Assembly: GCA_017436325.1 (NCBI GenBank) | Contig: JAFSDI010000010.1 | Coordinates: 1 to 52,741 of the forward strand | Length of the DNA: 52,741 nucleotides | From: Alphaproteobacteria bacterium | GTDB taxonomy: Bacteria; Pseudomonadota; Alphaproteobacteria; Rs-D84 | Direction of reading: 5' to 3' | In this document: positions 9,252-19,320 of the stretch, piece by piece | Layout: each line of letters opens with the position of its first letter | How positions within the stretch are numbered: position 1 is the first letter of the stretch | Notes under the pieces: generated by a model | Seen by the model: only the letters and a program-made list of their open reading frames with translations | What the model was told of the DNA's origin: nothing | The model's database searches: none | Made by a program: the position numbers and the translations under genes

Positions 9252-9686
9252 TTATTTTTGTTTTGTGGTGGTTAGTGTTTTTAACAACTGGGTGATTTGT
9301 TGTGTGTTGTTGGTTTTTTCAACCCTGTCATGCAGGCGGTCGTCTGCCATATTTAACAGGTGAAAGAACAGTGGCGCGCGCGCACGTGTAAATATACTGA
9401 TGGGATTGTATTTTGACCTGTCAAAGGCGCGACCAACATTGTGTTTGGTGCATGCACTGAAAAGATATCGTTTGTTATGGTATAACTCAATTATGCCCTC
9501 TCTTTCTTTCCACAATTCGGGGGCGCCATGGGGTGCCTCTATGGTTAAAACAAGTGTGCCATACGTAGGGTGTGCAGATTCAATGCGATAACTGGTTTTG
9601 TATGTTTCGCTGGTGTTTTGAATGTCAATAAATTTATTGGTAAGTATGGCCTTTGCAATGTCGTATACTTGGTAAATGGTTTTCAT
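9252..9686 (-). CDS. Hypothetical protein
   Basis: 144-aa ORF with AAGGA RBS, co-oriented after rpiB, terminator at ~9205-9237. Confidence 0.65.
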   Translation of the reverse strand: MKTIYQVYDIAKAILTNKFIDIQNTSETYKTSYRIESAHPTYGTLVLTIEAPHGAPELWKEREGIIELYHNKRYLFSACTKHNVGRAFDRSKYNPISIFTRARAPLFFHLLNMADDRLHDRVEKTNNTQQITQLLKTLTTTKQK

Positions 9687-9709
9687 ATTGCGTGTCCTTG
9701 TGGTTGCGG

Positions 9710-10156
9710 TTATGAAATCTTTTCGATTCTGCGGATGCGACGTTCAACTGCGTCAAATGGACTTTCTAAGAATGTTTGTGCGCATAAAAAGGCGACTTCT
9801 ATGTCTAAATCGTCTGCCGCCAATGCCAAAACGTTTATGTCGTCGTGAAAACGGTCGTCACGTGCCTGAGATGGATTGTCGCAACGCGATGCGCGTATGT
9901 GGCGATATCTGTTCGCGGCAATCATTACACCCGCACCTGTGCCACAGATGATAATGCCACGCGATTCTGGGTCGTCAATCATTGCATCAGCAAGGGTTGC
10001 CGCAATATCTGGGTAATCAACAGATATGTTTGGATTGTCAACACCCAAATTTACAACGTTGTATCCCAATGCAGACAACATTTCAATTAAGTATAATTTT
10101 AACCCTGCCCCACGATGGTCGGCAGCAATAAAGACTTTGGATACCGTTTTATTCAC
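9710..10156 (-). CDS. rpiB: Ribose-5-phosphate isomerase B
   Basis: ADHRG, VDYPD, ICGTGAGV, AN motifs. Confidence 0.92.
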   Translation of the reverse strand: MNKTVSKVFIAADHRGAGLKLYLIEMLSALGYNVVNLGVDNPNISVDYPDIAATLADAMIDDPESRGIIICGTGAGVMIAANRYRHIRASRCDNPSQARDDRFHDDINVLALAADDLDIEVAFLCAQTFLESPFDAVERRIRRIEKIS

Positions 10157-10518
10157 TTTTTTTCTCCTTTGTTATCTGATTGTTTGTGTTTTTCAAGCTT
10201 GCATTCCAGACCTGTATTGCCAGTGATGTTTAATGTGCGATATGTTAAAGTGCCTGTCATCTTTGCAGCATTAAAAATGTTCGCTGTGTTTACTGTTGCA
10301 CTGCCATCAAGTGTGCCGTGCAAGAATAATACAGGGGTTTTAATTTCACCAATAACATGTCCCCCACGACCAATAACAACGGTTTCCGCAATGATGTCGC
10401 CAACGACTTCGCCATGAATTTGAACGGTGTGGTCTGTTTTTATGTCACCTGTTAATTTGCACCCTGCACCGATGACTGTTGGTGATTGTTTTTCTGTAGA
10501 GTTTGTAAATGCTAGCAT
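10153..10518 (-). CDS. Bactofilin (polymer-forming cytoskeletal protein)
   Basis: TVIGAG..LTGDI....VQIHGEVVGDI...VVIG..G.V.G.I beta-helix pattern; adjacent to M23 peptidase. Confidence 0.85.
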   Translation of the reverse strand: MLAFTNSTEKQSPTVIGAGCKLTGDIKTDHTVQIHGEVVGDIIAETVVIGRGGHVIGEIKTPVLFLHGTLDGSATVNTANIFNAAKMTGTLTYRTLNITGNTGLECKLEKHKQSDNKGEKK

Positions 10519-10522
10519 TGTT

Positions 10523-11800
10523 TTATTCTTCCTTTATGAATTTTGTTGGATCAAATGGTGCACCTTTGTATCGAATTTCGTAATGTAAATGTGGCCCAGT
10601 TGAACGGCCAGATGACCCCGCCAGACCGATTACTGTCCCAGGACGTACCCAATCCCCACGTGAAACAAGTATTTGCGACAAATGTGCATAAAGTGTCGAA
10701 AAGCCTAGACCATGATCAATTTCAACCGTTGTGCCATACCCAACACGTTCGCCAGCAGATACAACGCGACCAGGGGCAACCGCCATTAATTCTGTGCCAA
10801 TCTTGCCAGCAAAGTCAATGCCACGATGCTTTTTAGGTTTGCCTGTAAATGGGTCGTTGCGCGTGCCATAATTTGATGTAATGCGCGATTTTACAGGCTT
10901 GCCTAAGGGTAATATCTCATTAAGGCGTTTTAAGCCATTCCAATGTTCTAGCCCATCTGCAAGTTTTTGATATTTTTCATCCATTTCTTTATCAAATTCA
11001 ATCGGCGAAAATACGGAACCAACCAGTGGATTTGTGTATTTATTTGCATTGCGCATAAGTGTTTTTTGTGTCAGACCAAGTGCGGTAAGTGTGCTGTTGA
11101 TTCTTTTTATGTTCTTTTGTAGTTCGTCTGTGTTTTCTTTTGTAAGGGCACTGATTCTGTCAACGATTATGTTATCTGCATTTGCAATTTCTGCCATCGA
11201 TTCAATTAGTTTTGTATTGCGGCGTTTCAGTTCTTCGTTTTCAGCACGGGTTAATTCATATTCAGTCGATAATTCAGATAGTTTTGTGTATTCAGCAGTA
11301 TAATCTTCATTTTTTAACATTTCAGCAATGCGTGTGCGTAAAAAATCTAGTTCGCCCCATGTTTTTATGCGACTGTTCATCAATTTTTCTTTTTCAGATG
11401 GTTCTATGTCTGGGGTGTTTAAAATTTTGTCGTCAATGACATTTAAATCACGTGCCAGGTTGTTGAACTTTGTTAGATACGTCTGTAAGTCAGTCATATG
11501 GCGTGAATGTGTTTCACGTTCTTGTTCCAGTTGCTGGGTGCGCATTTGTAATAATGGGCGATGATATACAAATACGTATGTAGACCATAATGCCCATAAA
11601 ATTAAACCTATCTTGCCAATAAAACGGGTGAAGCGCCAAAAACTGCTTTGTTCATATGTGTAAACATTACCACGTGGCGTGTCCATTACTGTGAATTCGC
11701 GTGGTGGAAAAATACGTACAATTATCCGCCATATCGCACGAAATGGCGATGTGATAAATGCCCATAGTGATGTAAAATATCTGGTTATAAAATTTATCAT
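10523..11800 (-). CDS. Membrane-anchored coiled-coil M23 endopeptidase (LmdC-like)
   Basis: HRGIDF, YAHL, STGPHLHYE; N-terminal TM plus coiled coil; probable start MINF at 11800. Confidence 0.9.
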   Translation of the reverse strand: MINFITRYFTSLWAFITSPFRAIWRIIVRIFPPREFTVMDTPRGNVYTYEQSSFWRFTRFIGKIGLILWALWSTYVFVYHRPLLQMRTQQLEQERETHSRHMTDLQTYLTKFNNLARDLNVIDDKILNTPDIEPSEKEKLMNSRIKTWGELDFLRTRIAEMLKNEDYTAEYTKLSELSTEYELTRAENEELKRRNTKLIESMAEIANADNIIVDRISALTKENTDELQKNIKRINSTLTALGLTQKTLMRNANKYTNPLVGSVFSPIEFDKEMDEKYQKLADGLEHWNGLKRLNEILPLGKPVKSRITSNYGTRNDPFTGKPKKHRGIDFAGKIGTELMAVAPGRVVSAGERVGYGTTVEIDHGLGFSTLYAHLSQILVSRGDWVRPGTVIGLAGSSGRSTGPHLHYEIRYKGAPFDPTKFIKEE

Positions 11801-12483
11801 TGTTGTGATAGTGTAGACAAAAAATCTGCAACAGTCAAGCCATCCCATAATATCTGGCGATTGTTCATAGAAATTCCATGGTGAATTATGCTTATACCAT
11901 TCGTGCCAAGGCGACCACTAAGTAATACGCGTTCTGCCGTATTTTTGGAACCAAAGAGTGGTAGTATATGTATGTCGCCAAGTTTTTGTGCCATTTCGGA
12001 TACAACGGTTGCAGTTGTTGCGGCATCTGTTATGATGCAAAATGTCCCCATTGGCCGTACGCGTGATATACAACGGGAAATCCATAATTTTAAGTCTGCG
12101 TTATGATGGGCATTATGCTTGGCAGGTGTGCCATAAAAGTATGGTGGATTTGTTATAACTAAATCAAATGTGTCGCTGGTGCGCCATGTTGTAATGTCTG
12201 CTGGGATTAAATTAATGTTCGCGTTATTTAGTTCGGCGTTTTGTTTGCAGATTTTCAACATATCATCAGATGTATCAAGGCCTGTGATTTTTGCATTTGG
12301 GTTATGTTGCAGCAGGCACATAGAAACGCCACCGCTGCCGATACCAACGTCAAGTACTGTTCTGATGTTTGCGACAGGCGCAAAAGCAGCCAGCCATACA
12401 GCATCGCTGGTTGGGTTGTATTTGCTGTGGTGCATTTTTACGCGTCCGCCAAGCAGAGTAAAAATTTCTTGTTTTATGCTCAT
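11797..12483 (-). CDS. SAM-dependent N6-adenine methyltransferase (tRNA1Val A37 TrmN6-like)
   Basis: VLDVGIGSG, FDLVITNPPY. Confidence 0.8.
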   Translation of the reverse strand: MSIKQEIFTLLGGRVKMHHSKYNPTSDAVWLAAFAPVANIRTVLDVGIGSGGVSMCLLQHNPNAKITGLDTSDDMLKICKQNAELNNANINLIPADITTWRTSDTFDLVITNPPYFYGTPAKHNAHHNADLKLWISRCISRVRPMGTFCIITDAATTATVVSEMAQKLGDIHILPLFGSKNTAERVLLSGRLGTNGISIIHHGISMNNRQILWDGLTVADFLSTLSQQ

Positions 12484-12523
12484 AGCTATTTATAATAATT
12501 CAATAAAATCAAAAGGCAAGTAT

Positions 12524-13513
12524 ATGTTAGATGATGTTGTAATAGTACAAAGCGCGATAAGTGCATTTAATAACGCTGCATTGTGGGCACCTGCATTCTT
12601 GTGGTGGGCGGTGTTGGCGTTGCCTTTGTTTGCGGTGATATATTTGTGTGCAGATTCTATATCAGGGTGTGTCGGCTGGAATAGGCAGAATATTGTTGAA
12701 AAGTCTGTGCCATGGATTGTTGGCTTGCTGGTTTTTTGGGTTGTATTATTAGGCGGTAATTATTCTGTTTTGCGTGATGGGGTGACTGTTTTGCCGTTTG
12801 TTAATGCGACAATTTTATTTCTGGGATCGGCATTTTTATCTGGTAAAGTACGGTTTGGTGTCCTGCCCCATATTGGTTTGATTGGAAAAATTGCAATTGT
12901 GTTATTTGTGCTGGTAATGGTTGTGCTGTCTGATGTGCATATTTGGTGGGGACCATTGTTGCAATTGGGGGCGATAGTGATTGGGTGGCTGATTGGGCGA
13001 TTAGTTGGTGCGCGACTTGGTAATGTTTCTTTTGTGTGTATTTTAATGATTATGGCAGTTTCCGCAGTTTTAATGCAACCGGAATTCTTTAGATTTGGGC
13101 AGTTAGGAAATTTGACGGTTATACATTTGTTCGCTGTATTGGTCTTTGCAATGTTTTGTGTCGCGGCATTAGTCGTAACAAATGTTCGTGCAAAGCATAA
13201 GATAAAAAGTACGGTTTATGTTAAATTAAAATGGTTGTTACGTACGTTTGTTGTGTTGACAGGTGCTTTTTTTATATTAACTGAGGCATTACCAGTATTT
13301 TTCGCTGTTCTTGGTTTTTTGTGCTTGTTATTTATTGTGTCTGTAAAACATTTACGATCAGTATCACCTGCATTTGGGCGACAATTGTTTGCGCTGGGGG
13401 TGTTTTTGTTCGGGGTGATAATGGTTATGCCTGCGGTTTGTGCTGTTGGGATTTTAATTTGGGATAAATGTTATGCGTTGGATTTTTGGCGGGATTTCAA
13501 GGCGTTGTTATAG
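12524..13513 (+). CDS. Multi-pass integral membrane protein, unknown function
   Basis: About 10 hydrophobic segments; start MLDD at 12524 (the longer ORF overlaps the opposite-strand gene). Confidence 0.75.
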   Translation: MLDDVVIVQSAISAFNNAALWAPAFLWWAVLALPLFAVIYLCADSISGCVGWNRQNIVEKSVPWIVGLLVFWVVLLGGNYSVLRDGVTVLPFVNATILFLGSAFLSGKVRFGVLPHIGLIGKIAIVLFVLVMVVLSDVHIWWGPLLQLGAIVIGWLIGRLVGARLGNVSFVCILMIMAVSAVLMQPEFFRFGQLGNLTVIHLFAVLVFAMFCVAALVVTNVRAKHKIKSTVYVKLKWLLRTFVVLTGAFFILTEALPVFFAVLGFLCLLFIVSVKHLRSVSPAFGRQLFALGVFLFGVIMVMPAVCAVGILIWDKCYALDFWRDFKALL

Positions 13514-13595
13514 TTTGTTATATTTATTTAATACAAATTTGTTTGGTTATAAGTTATTATCTAAACCATAAATAATATAAAAAGTGAGTTAAATT

Positions 13596-14393
13596 ATGCA
13601 AATACATCCAACAGCTATTGTTCACGAAGGGGCAAAGTTAGGCGCAGATTGTAAAATTGGGCCATATTGTATTATTGGGGCAAATGTCGTCTTGGGTGAC
13701 AGGGTTGAATTAGTGTCACATGTCGTGATAGATGGAAAAACATCAATTGGCGATGATTCTATTGTTTACCCTTTTGCAGTCTTGGGTGTTATGAGTCAAG
13801 ATTTAAAATGGCAAGATGAAGCAACTATGACAGGACTTCGTATCGGAAAGCGCTGCAGAATTCGTGAATATGTGACGATTCATTCTGGAACACCTGCATC
13901 AGATGGTACTGTTATTGGTGATGATTGTCAGATTATGGTAAATGCGCATGTCGGCCATGACTGTAAAATTGGTAATAGTGTCGTTATGTCAAATCTTGTT
14001 CAGGTTGCAGGACATGTAGAGATAGAAGATTTTGCAATTTTGTCTGGTGGAACAATGGTTTTACAATTTGCGCGTATCGGACGAAATGCATTTATTGGTG
14101 GAATGTCTGGGGTTGGAAATGACGTTTTACCGTATGCTATTTATGATGGTAATCGTGCCGTATATCGTACTATTAATCGTGTCGGATTAATGCGCCATGG
14201 GTTTACTAATGAAGATATGCACGCAATTCATTCTGTTTATTCTGCGGTTTTTAATGGTGGCGAAGGTACGGTGTCTGATAGATTGGCAAAAATTCGTAAG
14301 GATGTTAAAAATAATAAATATGCAATGGATGCCATTGATTTTATAGAAAATCGTTCAAAACGCGGTATCGGTACATCAAAGAATGCAGAATAA
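13596..14393 (+). CDS. lpxA: UDP-N-acetylglucosamine acyltransferase
   Basis: IHPTAIV, hexapeptide repeats, QDLK, IREYVTIH, HVGHDC. Confidence 0.95.
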   Translation: MQIHPTAIVHEGAKLGADCKIGPYCIIGANVVLGDRVELVSHVVIDGKTSIGDDSIVYPFAVLGVMSQDLKWQDEATMTGLRIGKRCRIREYVTIHSGTPASDGTVIGDDCQIMVNAHVGHDCKIGNSVVMSNLVQVAGHVEIEDFAILSGGTMVLQFARIGRNAFIGGMSGVGNDVLPYAIYDGNRAVYRTINRVGLMRHGFTNEDMHAIHSVYSAVFNGGEGTVSDRLAKIRKDVKNNKYAMDAIDFIENRSKRGIGTSKNAE

Positions 14394-15516
14394 GAATTTA
14401 AAAATCTTTATTATTGCCGGTGAAGTTTCAGGTGACGTTCTGGGTGGACGTATTATGTCTGAGATAAAAGATGCAGAATTCATCGGTATTGGTGGCGAGA
14501 ATATGCAGGCCGCAGGTCTGCAATCTTTGTTTCCTATGTCGGATTTGTCGGTTATGGGAATTGTAGAGGTTTTGGCGCACGCAAAGACTTTGACACGCAG
14601 AATTAAACAAACTGTTGATGCAATAATAACTGAAATGCCCGATGTGGTCGTTTCAATAGATGCGCCAGGTTTCGCAAAAAGTGTAATTAAGCAAGTGCGT
14701 AAACATCCAGATGGAAAAAAATTAATCGATGCAGGGCTGCGTTTTCAGCATGTTGTTGCGCCCCAGGTATGGGCGTGGCGATCCGGACGTGCAAAAAAAT
14801 ATGCGCGTATATTTGATAAATTGTATGCTTTTTTTGATTTTGAGGTGCCCTATTTCACTAAATATGGTTTGAATACCGTTGCCGTTGGACATCCAATTGC
14901 AGATGGAATAATAGGAAAGTATAAATCACAAAATAAAGATGCAGAAAAAATTATAACCTTGGTGCCTGGCAGTAGAATGTCAGAGGTTAAGCGTTTGTTG
15001 CCATTGATGCGCGATGTGATTGATATGCTGTATCGAAATGGTTATATGGGATACAGATTTGTTATACCTGTGGTTGAAACAACTGTGGATTATGTTCAGA
15101 AAGAAATTGAAAAATGGCCCGTAAAGCCAGAGTTGATTCCTGCAAAGGATAGGTATGATTTATATGCAAGAACATATCTTGCGATTGTTGCCAGTGGTAC
15201 AGTTACTGCAGAATTAGCAATGTTGCATATCCCGACAATTGTTGTTTATAAAATGAATCCGATAACAATGTGGATTGGACGCAGAATAATTAATGTAAAG
15301 TGGGTGTCGTTGGTTAATATATTGTTAAAGCATATGGTGTATCCAGAATTTTTGGGCGGTGCAGCAACAGCAGAAAATGTTGTAAATGCGGTACAGCAAT
15401 TGACAATACCATCTGTTCGTGAAAAAATGATAACGGAATTAAAAACAGCAGATGATTTGTGGCGAAGACCAGATGGTAATGCGTGTAAATTAATTGCAGA
15501 TGGAATACAAAAATAA
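14383..15516 (+). CDS. lpxB: Lipid-A-disaccharide synthase
   Basis: AGEVSGDVLG, IDAPGF, PQVWAWR, VGHP, PGSR, SGT. Confidence 0.95.
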   Translation: MQNKNLKIFIIAGEVSGDVLGGRIMSEIKDAEFIGIGGENMQAAGLQSLFPMSDLSVMGIVEVLAHAKTLTRRIKQTVDAIITEMPDVVVSIDAPGFAKSVIKQVRKHPDGKKLIDAGLRFQHVVAPQVWAWRSGRAKKYARIFDKLYAFFDFEVPYFTKYGLNTVAVGHPIADGIIGKYKSQNKDAEKIITLVPGSRMSEVKRLLPLMRDVIDMLYRNGYMGYRFVIPVVETTVDYVQKEIEKWPVKPELIPAKDRYDLYARTYLAIVASGTVTAELAMLHIPTIVVYKMNPITMWIGRRIINVKWVSLVNILLKHMVYPEFLGGAATAENVVNAVQQLTIPSVREKMITELKTADDLWRRPDGNACKLIADGIQK

Positions 15517-15567
15517 AAACGGCATTGCCGTTTTTTTTGTTGTTTATAATGGAACTTTTTTATTTGT

Positions 15568-18342
15568 CTATATGCCATTTGGAACCAGAGAAGATACATC
15601 GATTTCTATTTGAGTATCGCCGAATGAAGGCGGTAAATTATCTAAGACAAAATTATATACATTGTTGCATTTGCCTTCATCATCATCAGATAGTCCGGTA
15701 TAAGAACATACCTGGTTGTTGTCTGATATTGCATCTTGTGTGCACCAAAAGTATTCTGGTTTTGTTTCATCAAATACTGTAAATGGTGAAAACAATGCTG
15801 TATATTGATCTATGCCTGTAAAATTCCCAGCATATATAGAACCTAATATATTAGGTGTTATAGAATATGGAAAGAATTTTAGTTTTGAACAAGATTTATC
15901 ATTAATAGGCCTTCGAAAATATGGGTGTATACCGGTAGTAACAGAACCTTGACTTTTATTAATATATGCAACAGGTAATATCGGCAGGCAGGTCTCTGTT
16001 ATACCGTTGCGACTGCGACGGCCACCGTTGTGCCAGCAAGAGCACATACCCCATGATGCGGTATCTACCATTTCTTGATATTTTGCAGGACATATGTCTT
16101 CAAGCCAGCCTACGTAATGACTGGCTGTTGTGCCGGTATCTGTTCTGGTATATGCGCATACGTTTTTTTCAAATGGTGCTGCAAAAGTAAAATCGTTAGA
16201 TTGGCGTTCAAGGAAACGACCTTGTTTATTTTTGCATTGTAATGCCAGATAAGAGATTATTTGATTATATATTTCTGTGGCAACACCAGTTGCACGTTTG
16301 TGACGTGGTATTAATTTGTTTTCATTATCTAATAAACCATAATTTATGTGTGGCAAATCGTTTATACAGGCATAGTATTCGCCAATTGGGTCGTCTGTTT
16401 CGGCGCTTGGATCGTATGTGCATTGTTCAGTCGTTGTGTCCGTTTCGTTAGAGAAATTTGTAGATAAAAAGTCTTCTGTTATAAATGAGTCCATACCACC
16501 AAAGACCTGTTCAATAAGATCTGGATTGTTGCACGCATCGATTGTGGTCAGTTGTTGTGCGCATTGTGAAACATAACCAGTTTGTTTGGTTGGTGTAGTG
16601 CCTGTATAGTGATATAGGGTAAACCAATCAATTGCACGACCTTGTTCAAATAGACCACTGCTGGGGTAAAAGAAGTTTTCATAATTCTTGCCACCAAATT
16701 TATCAAAACATTGTTTTACAACAGCACGACAGGCAGTTAAGGTGTCTGTTTCGTTACGATTGGCAATGAATTCATTAATTATATTGTTGTCAAACATATT
16801 GTTGCAAGATTCAATGTAATCAGAACACATTTGTGTATTTAATGAAATTTTATCTGGTTGTAATGGTATTGTTTTGTCGTCTGATATCGATGTTGTCGCC
16901 CCGTCAATGGCGGAATCGTTGTTGATATAGCAAGTGGAAATATAGTTAAAACAATTTTGTTTTATTTCTGACACTTTGTCTTTTTGTGCATAATATATGT
17001 CAAGCATTGCTTTGTCCAGATATTCTGACCATACTTTGTCGGCATTTTCAACACATTTATCAAGTGCAGGTTTTGCAAATTTTTTTGTTCGGTTCGTGAA
17101 GTTTTCTACAAAAGTACGGTTGTTTATATTTTGTGCTAATTTTTGATGCAGCGCATCAACCCCAGGTGTAAAGGATAATAATTGTTCAAGTTTGAAAAAG
17201 TCTTTGACACCTGTTATTGGTGCACCTGTATCAATATCGATAAATTCACCATTATCTAAGCATCTGTGATAGTTTTTGCCACAGACTTCTTCGCTAAGTA
17301 TTGCTGTTTCAACAGCATTGACACATGTTGTTATGTCATAGGCATTGTGTTTTTGTCTGTTTTCTATGCGCGCAAGATCCAACATTGCACTGCCTTCGCG
17401 TATTGCGGATTTTACCTTTTTTTGTGTTGTTTCAATCGCAGATTGTACGGTGTTACAATCTTGTTCAATCGCCATCAAATACGCATTTATTGCGCGCTGT
17501 AACGATGCATCGTTACAATCTGCACGAACGGCATTTCTGCATTGTGGGTATACTGCATTGTATAATGCAAGACCATTGTACGATGCGATAACTTGGCCAG
17601 AGTTGTTTGCGCCAAATGATTCGGATGTATCAAAGGACATATTTATGCTATTTAAATCTGCGTATTTGCCACTGACATTTGTATCTTGACCATTGATAGA
17701 ATTCATTATTGCTTGTAATAATGCCTTAGATGCAGATTTATCATCTGTAAGCGCGTCTTCGCCCTCAGACGCGGTGCGTAATGCCGTAGCCTGGGCGGCG
17801 GTCATTCCGACAACCTGAAGTTCTTCGGTAAATGCGTTAAGCTGTTCGCCGGCATCTTCCAGTGTTTTGCGCGCATTGTCCAGTGAAAATACGCGATCGT
17901 TGCATGAACAGCGGCGATACGCATCGTTTTTTAATGTGCAAAATTGATCCATACATGCAAAATAGGTGTTTTTGCATTGTTCGTATTCGGCACCTGTTCG
18001 CGTTTCTGTAATCGCAGTGGTTGCAGTTGCACGTGCTGCTTGCTTTGGGGTGGTAACAGCATTACGTGAACCGAATGTACGTACTGTTGCGATTCGTGAT
18101 GTTTTCTGGTCGTTATTTGCCACTGTATTTGTTCGGGCGGAAACAGCCGGTTTTGTGGTGCGTGCGCTTAATGCGCGTTGTGTGCGGGCAATTGGTTGAC
18201 GTCTGGGGGTGGTTGCAGTTCTGGATTGGGTTTGTTGTGGTGTATTTCCAGCCCTGATTATTGCATTTCCATCGCGAATAGCCGCGTTGGCGGTACCAAT
18301 GCAGCATAATAACCCAGTAATAAAGGTAAGAAATTTCTTCAT
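15568..18342 (-). CDS. Large Cys-rich secreted hypothetical protein
   Basis: Signal peptide MKKFLTF...ANA, Arg/Thr-rich linker, many spaced Cys; likely start at 18342. Confidence 0.75.
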   Translation of the reverse strand: MKKFLTFITGLLCCIGTANAAIRDGNAIIRAGNTPQQTQSRTATTPRRQPIARTQRALSARTTKPAVSARTNTVANNDQKTSRIATVRTFGSRNAVTTPKQAARATATTAITETRTGAEYEQCKNTYFACMDQFCTLKNDAYRRCSCNDRVFSLDNARKTLEDAGEQLNAFTEELQVVGMTAAQATALRTASEGEDALTDDKSASKALLQAIMNSINGQDTNVSGKYADLNSINMSFDTSESFGANNSGQVIASYNGLALYNAVYPQCRNAVRADCNDASLQRAINAYLMAIEQDCNTVQSAIETTQKKVKSAIREGSAMLDLARIENRQKHNAYDITTCVNAVETAILSEEVCGKNYHRCLDNGEFIDIDTGAPITGVKDFFKLEQLLSFTPGVDALHQKLAQNINNRTFVENFTNRTKKFAKPALDKCVENADKVWSEYLDKAMLDIYYAQKDKVSEIKQNCFNYISTCYINNDSAIDGATTSISDDKTIPLQPDKISLNTQMCSDYIESCNNMFDNNIINEFIANRNETDTLTACRAVVKQCFDKFGGKNYENFFYPSSGLFEQGRAIDWFTLYHYTGTTPTKQTGYVSQCAQQLTTIDACNNPDLIEQVFGGMDSFITEDFLSTNFSNETDTTTEQCTYDPSAETDDPIGEYYACINDLPHINYGLLDNENKLIPRHKRATGVATEIYNQIISYLALQCKNKQGRFLERQSNDFTFAAPFEKNVCAYTRTDTGTTASHYVGWLEDICPAKYQEMVDTASWGMCSCWHNGGRRSRNGITETCLPILPVAYINKSQGSVTTGIHPYFRRPINDKSCSKLKFFPYSITPNILGSIYAGNFTGIDQYTALFSPFTVFDETKPEYFWCTQDAISDNNQVCSYTGLSDDDEGKCNNVYNFVLDNLPPSFGDTQIEIDVSSLVPNGI

Positions 18343-18468
18343 CTCTGACTGAATGTTAGCAAAATTATAAAATTTAGCGCAAGCGAATAATAAAAATATT
18401 GTTATATAAATAATTTTTTTATTTTCTTGTTGCAAAAATCTTAAAATTAGTATAGTATACTGGTCGCT

Positions 18469-18555
18469 GCGGATATGGCGGAATTGGTAGACGCGCTAGT
18501 TTCAGGTACTAGTGGTAGCGATACCTTGGAAGTTCGAGTCTTCTTATCCGCACCA
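18469..18555 (+). tRNA. tRNA-Leu(CAG)
   Basis: Cloverleaf with long variable arm, CTAGT-ttCAGgt-ACTAG, encoded CCA. Confidence 0.95.
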
Positions 18556-18603
18556 GTTTTAAGACTTGTGTGTTTTCTTGCTGCGGGTCTTAGGGTGAGT
18601 TTT

Positions 18604-18679
18604 GGGGTTGTAGCTCAGCTGATAGAGCGCTACGTTCGCATCGTAGAGGTCGTGGGTTTGAGTCCCATCAGCTCCACCA
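18604..18679 (+). tRNA. tRNA-Ala(CGC)
   Basis: G3:U70 pair, CTACG-ttCGCat-CGTAG, CCA; T-loop TTTGAGT variant. Confidence 0.92.
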
Positions 18680-18700
18680 ATTTTTGTTGAGTAAGTCTTC

Positions 18701-18787
18701 GGGGATATGGCGGAATGGTAGACGCTGAGGACTTAAAATCCTTTGGTCATTGCGACCGTGTGGGTTCAAGTCCCACTATCCCCACCA
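18701..18787 (+). tRNA. tRNA-Leu(TAA)
   Basis: GAGGA-ctTAAaa-TCCTT, long variable arm, CCA. Confidence 0.95.
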
Positions 18788-18830
18788 CTTTTGTCGCCAA
18801 GTTCTTGGCGCTTTTTTGGTTATATAGTTT

Positions 18831-18907
18831 GGATGTGTAGCTCAGTTGGTTAGAGCGCTTCGTTCACATCGAAGAGGTCGTTGGTTCGAGTCCAATCACA
18901 TCCACCA
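18831..18907 (+). tRNA. tRNA-Val(CAC)
   Basis: CTTCG-ttCACat-CGAAG, GGTTCGAGTCC, CCA. Confidence 0.95.
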
Positions 18908-18910
18908 GAT

Positions 18911-18938
18911 AAAAAAAACCGTCAATTTGACGGTTTTT
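18911..18938. terminator. Bidirectional terminator between tRNA cluster and convergent operon
   Basis: AAAAACCGTCAA-T-TTGACGGTTTTT. Confidence 0.75.
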
Positions 18939-19254
18939 ATCTTAATCCTTTGTCGCGACAGCATGTTGATGCGGCGGATTTCCAATCGGAATATTGTTTT
19001 GCAGGATTGCGCAAATCGCGCCATGGTTGCCATCCGTTACAACGCTTGTTTATGCCGTTGCCTGTGCATTTTGCATAACGCCGTAATGTGCATGTTTGGT
19101 TAGATAATTTACCTGTGTCTGTGGTGCATTTTACAACAACATTTTGATTCTTGGCATCGTCTTTGCCAATTTGTTTTGATGATATAATTTGATATGCGTT
19201 TGCGGAAAATGCAGTTAAAGAAATTATTAATAATGTAGACAGCAGTTTTTTCAT
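18937..19254 (-). CDS. Small secreted Cys-rich protein
   Basis: Signal peptide MKKLLS...ANA; 6 Cys. Confidence 0.75.
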   Translation of the reverse strand: MKKLLSTLLIISLTAFSANAYQIISSKQIGKDDAKNQNVVVKCTTDTGKLSNQTCTLRRYAKCTGNGINKRCNGWQPWRDLRNPAKQYSDWKSAASTCCRDKGLR

Positions 19255-19320
19255 ATTCTCGTTCCCTTTTTATATTATGTATTTTTATTATAATGGTTGT
19301 GTATAAAAAAACAATAAGAA

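Noticed and set aside
12170-12523. N-terminal extension of the membrane-protein ORF and the many short antisense ORFs in the track
   Set aside because: They overlap well-supported genes on the opposite strand or frame and show no recognisable motifs.
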